From Cenococcum geophilum (taxonomy: Eukaryota): 64,000 nucleotides of DNA. The position numbers were made by a program, and so were the translations under genes. The notes below the pieces were generated by a model. That model had not been told where the DNA came from and ran no database searches. It worked only from the letters and a program-made list of their open reading frames with translations. Shown piece after piece: positions 63,150-64,000 of the stretch. The number at the start of each line of letters is the position of its first letter. Position 1 is the first letter of the stretch. The stretch covers positions 1,426,001-1,490,000 of the forward strand of contig CP158635.1 in NCBI GenBank assembly GCA_050273025.1, read 5' to 3'.

Positions 63150-64000
63150 AAAAAGCGCCTTTAAGATAGAGTCCTCAATTTATAGTAAGCTTCCCCGCTA
63201 TTATTAGGCTTTTAATAAATTTTTGACTCTGTACCTTTAATGCCCACTAAAAGTATACCTAAGTATCCCTATCTTTAACCACTTCGCCTAAGCCGGTCGT
63301 CTAATAAGCACGTTTCTAAGCCTCCCTATTAGCGTTAAGAGTTAAGTCCAAAGGCTGCCCTAATTAAAATCACAGATAAAGCACCTTTAAATATCTTAAC
63401 TCTAAAAGAATCCTCTAAACCCCTAATACCAGATAACTATAAAAGCCGATGGGTATGGCCATCTTAATTAAAGCACAACTTATTAAATCTAGTAACTATT
63501 TGGATATTTCCTTCTTCTAAGCAGTATAACCTTTAAGCTAAAATCTAGTCGCATAACCAAACACGGGACGCGCTTAATGCTAAGGTTTAGCTACGCGTAA
63601 ACTTCGTATAGTAGTTAACTTAACTATCTATAGATAACGCTGCATAGTATGCTGCGTATAACGATATTACTGCTACGCTCTAGTAGTATACTTAAGATTA
63701 CGCTTATATACTTATAGACAATAATTACCTAAGGGCCAAGATTTAGCGGCTTATAGTTTAAGTACTCTATATCTTTATACTTTCTACCTTTATAAACTAA
63801 TAATAGCTAGTTTAACTGCTTATTAACTTTCATTCTTAACGCATTAGCCCTAAAGGATAAATAAATTCGCGTCCTTTAAAAGAGGTTGTTTTAATAATCT
63901 AATAAGGCAAACCGTAAATATTATAGTAGAGATATGGTATTAGTAACAGAAAATTCTGGGGTAAGGGAAATAGAAGCGTTAGATTATGCGTCTTCTTTAT
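63150..64000 (-). pseudogene. 3' part of an unidentified RIP-degraded gene
   Basis: Coding-like frames (RVPCLVMRLDFS..EEGNIQIVT) with RIP stops; runs off the window. Confidence 0.3.

Larger units (their letters stand above)
37005..64000 (+). mobile_element. Starship giant transposon, RIP-inactivated; left boundary undetermined, extends past the window end
   Basis: Captain followed by a dense run of uniformly RIP-degraded non-TE genes, including a patatin-like phospholipase (known Starship auxiliary gene). Confidence 0.8.

Overview
Filamentous-ascomycete (Pezizomycotina-type) DNA almost entirely degraded by repeat-induced point mutation (RIP: pervasive TpA, depleted CpA/TpG, Gln/Trp codons turned to TAA/TAG). 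Only one gene is intact, a HET-6-like HET-domain gene (24644..26687) on a ~2.3 kb RIP-free island. Bases 1-36 kb are a nest of decayed transposons: several Ty3/Gypsy elements, a Crypton tyrosine-recombinase gene split by four insertions (CACTA-like, piggyBac, MITE, Gypsy), a Fot1/pogo element, and a MULE-like element with a 10-bp TSD that carries a LINE and sits 51 bp upstream of the predicted HET start. From ~37 kb to the window end lies a RIP-killed Starship: a DUF3435 captain followed by decayed cargo (Ca2+/H+ exchanger, MADS-like factor, FunK1 kinase, two F-box/ankyrin genes, patatin-like phospholipase, kinase-like gene). Six related degenerate-repeat spacers punctuate the cargo between genes, a cassette-like layout that is the most unusual observation. 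Pseudogene calls come from manual translation with RIP reversal and recalled family motifs; no searches were run, and their boundaries are approximate.
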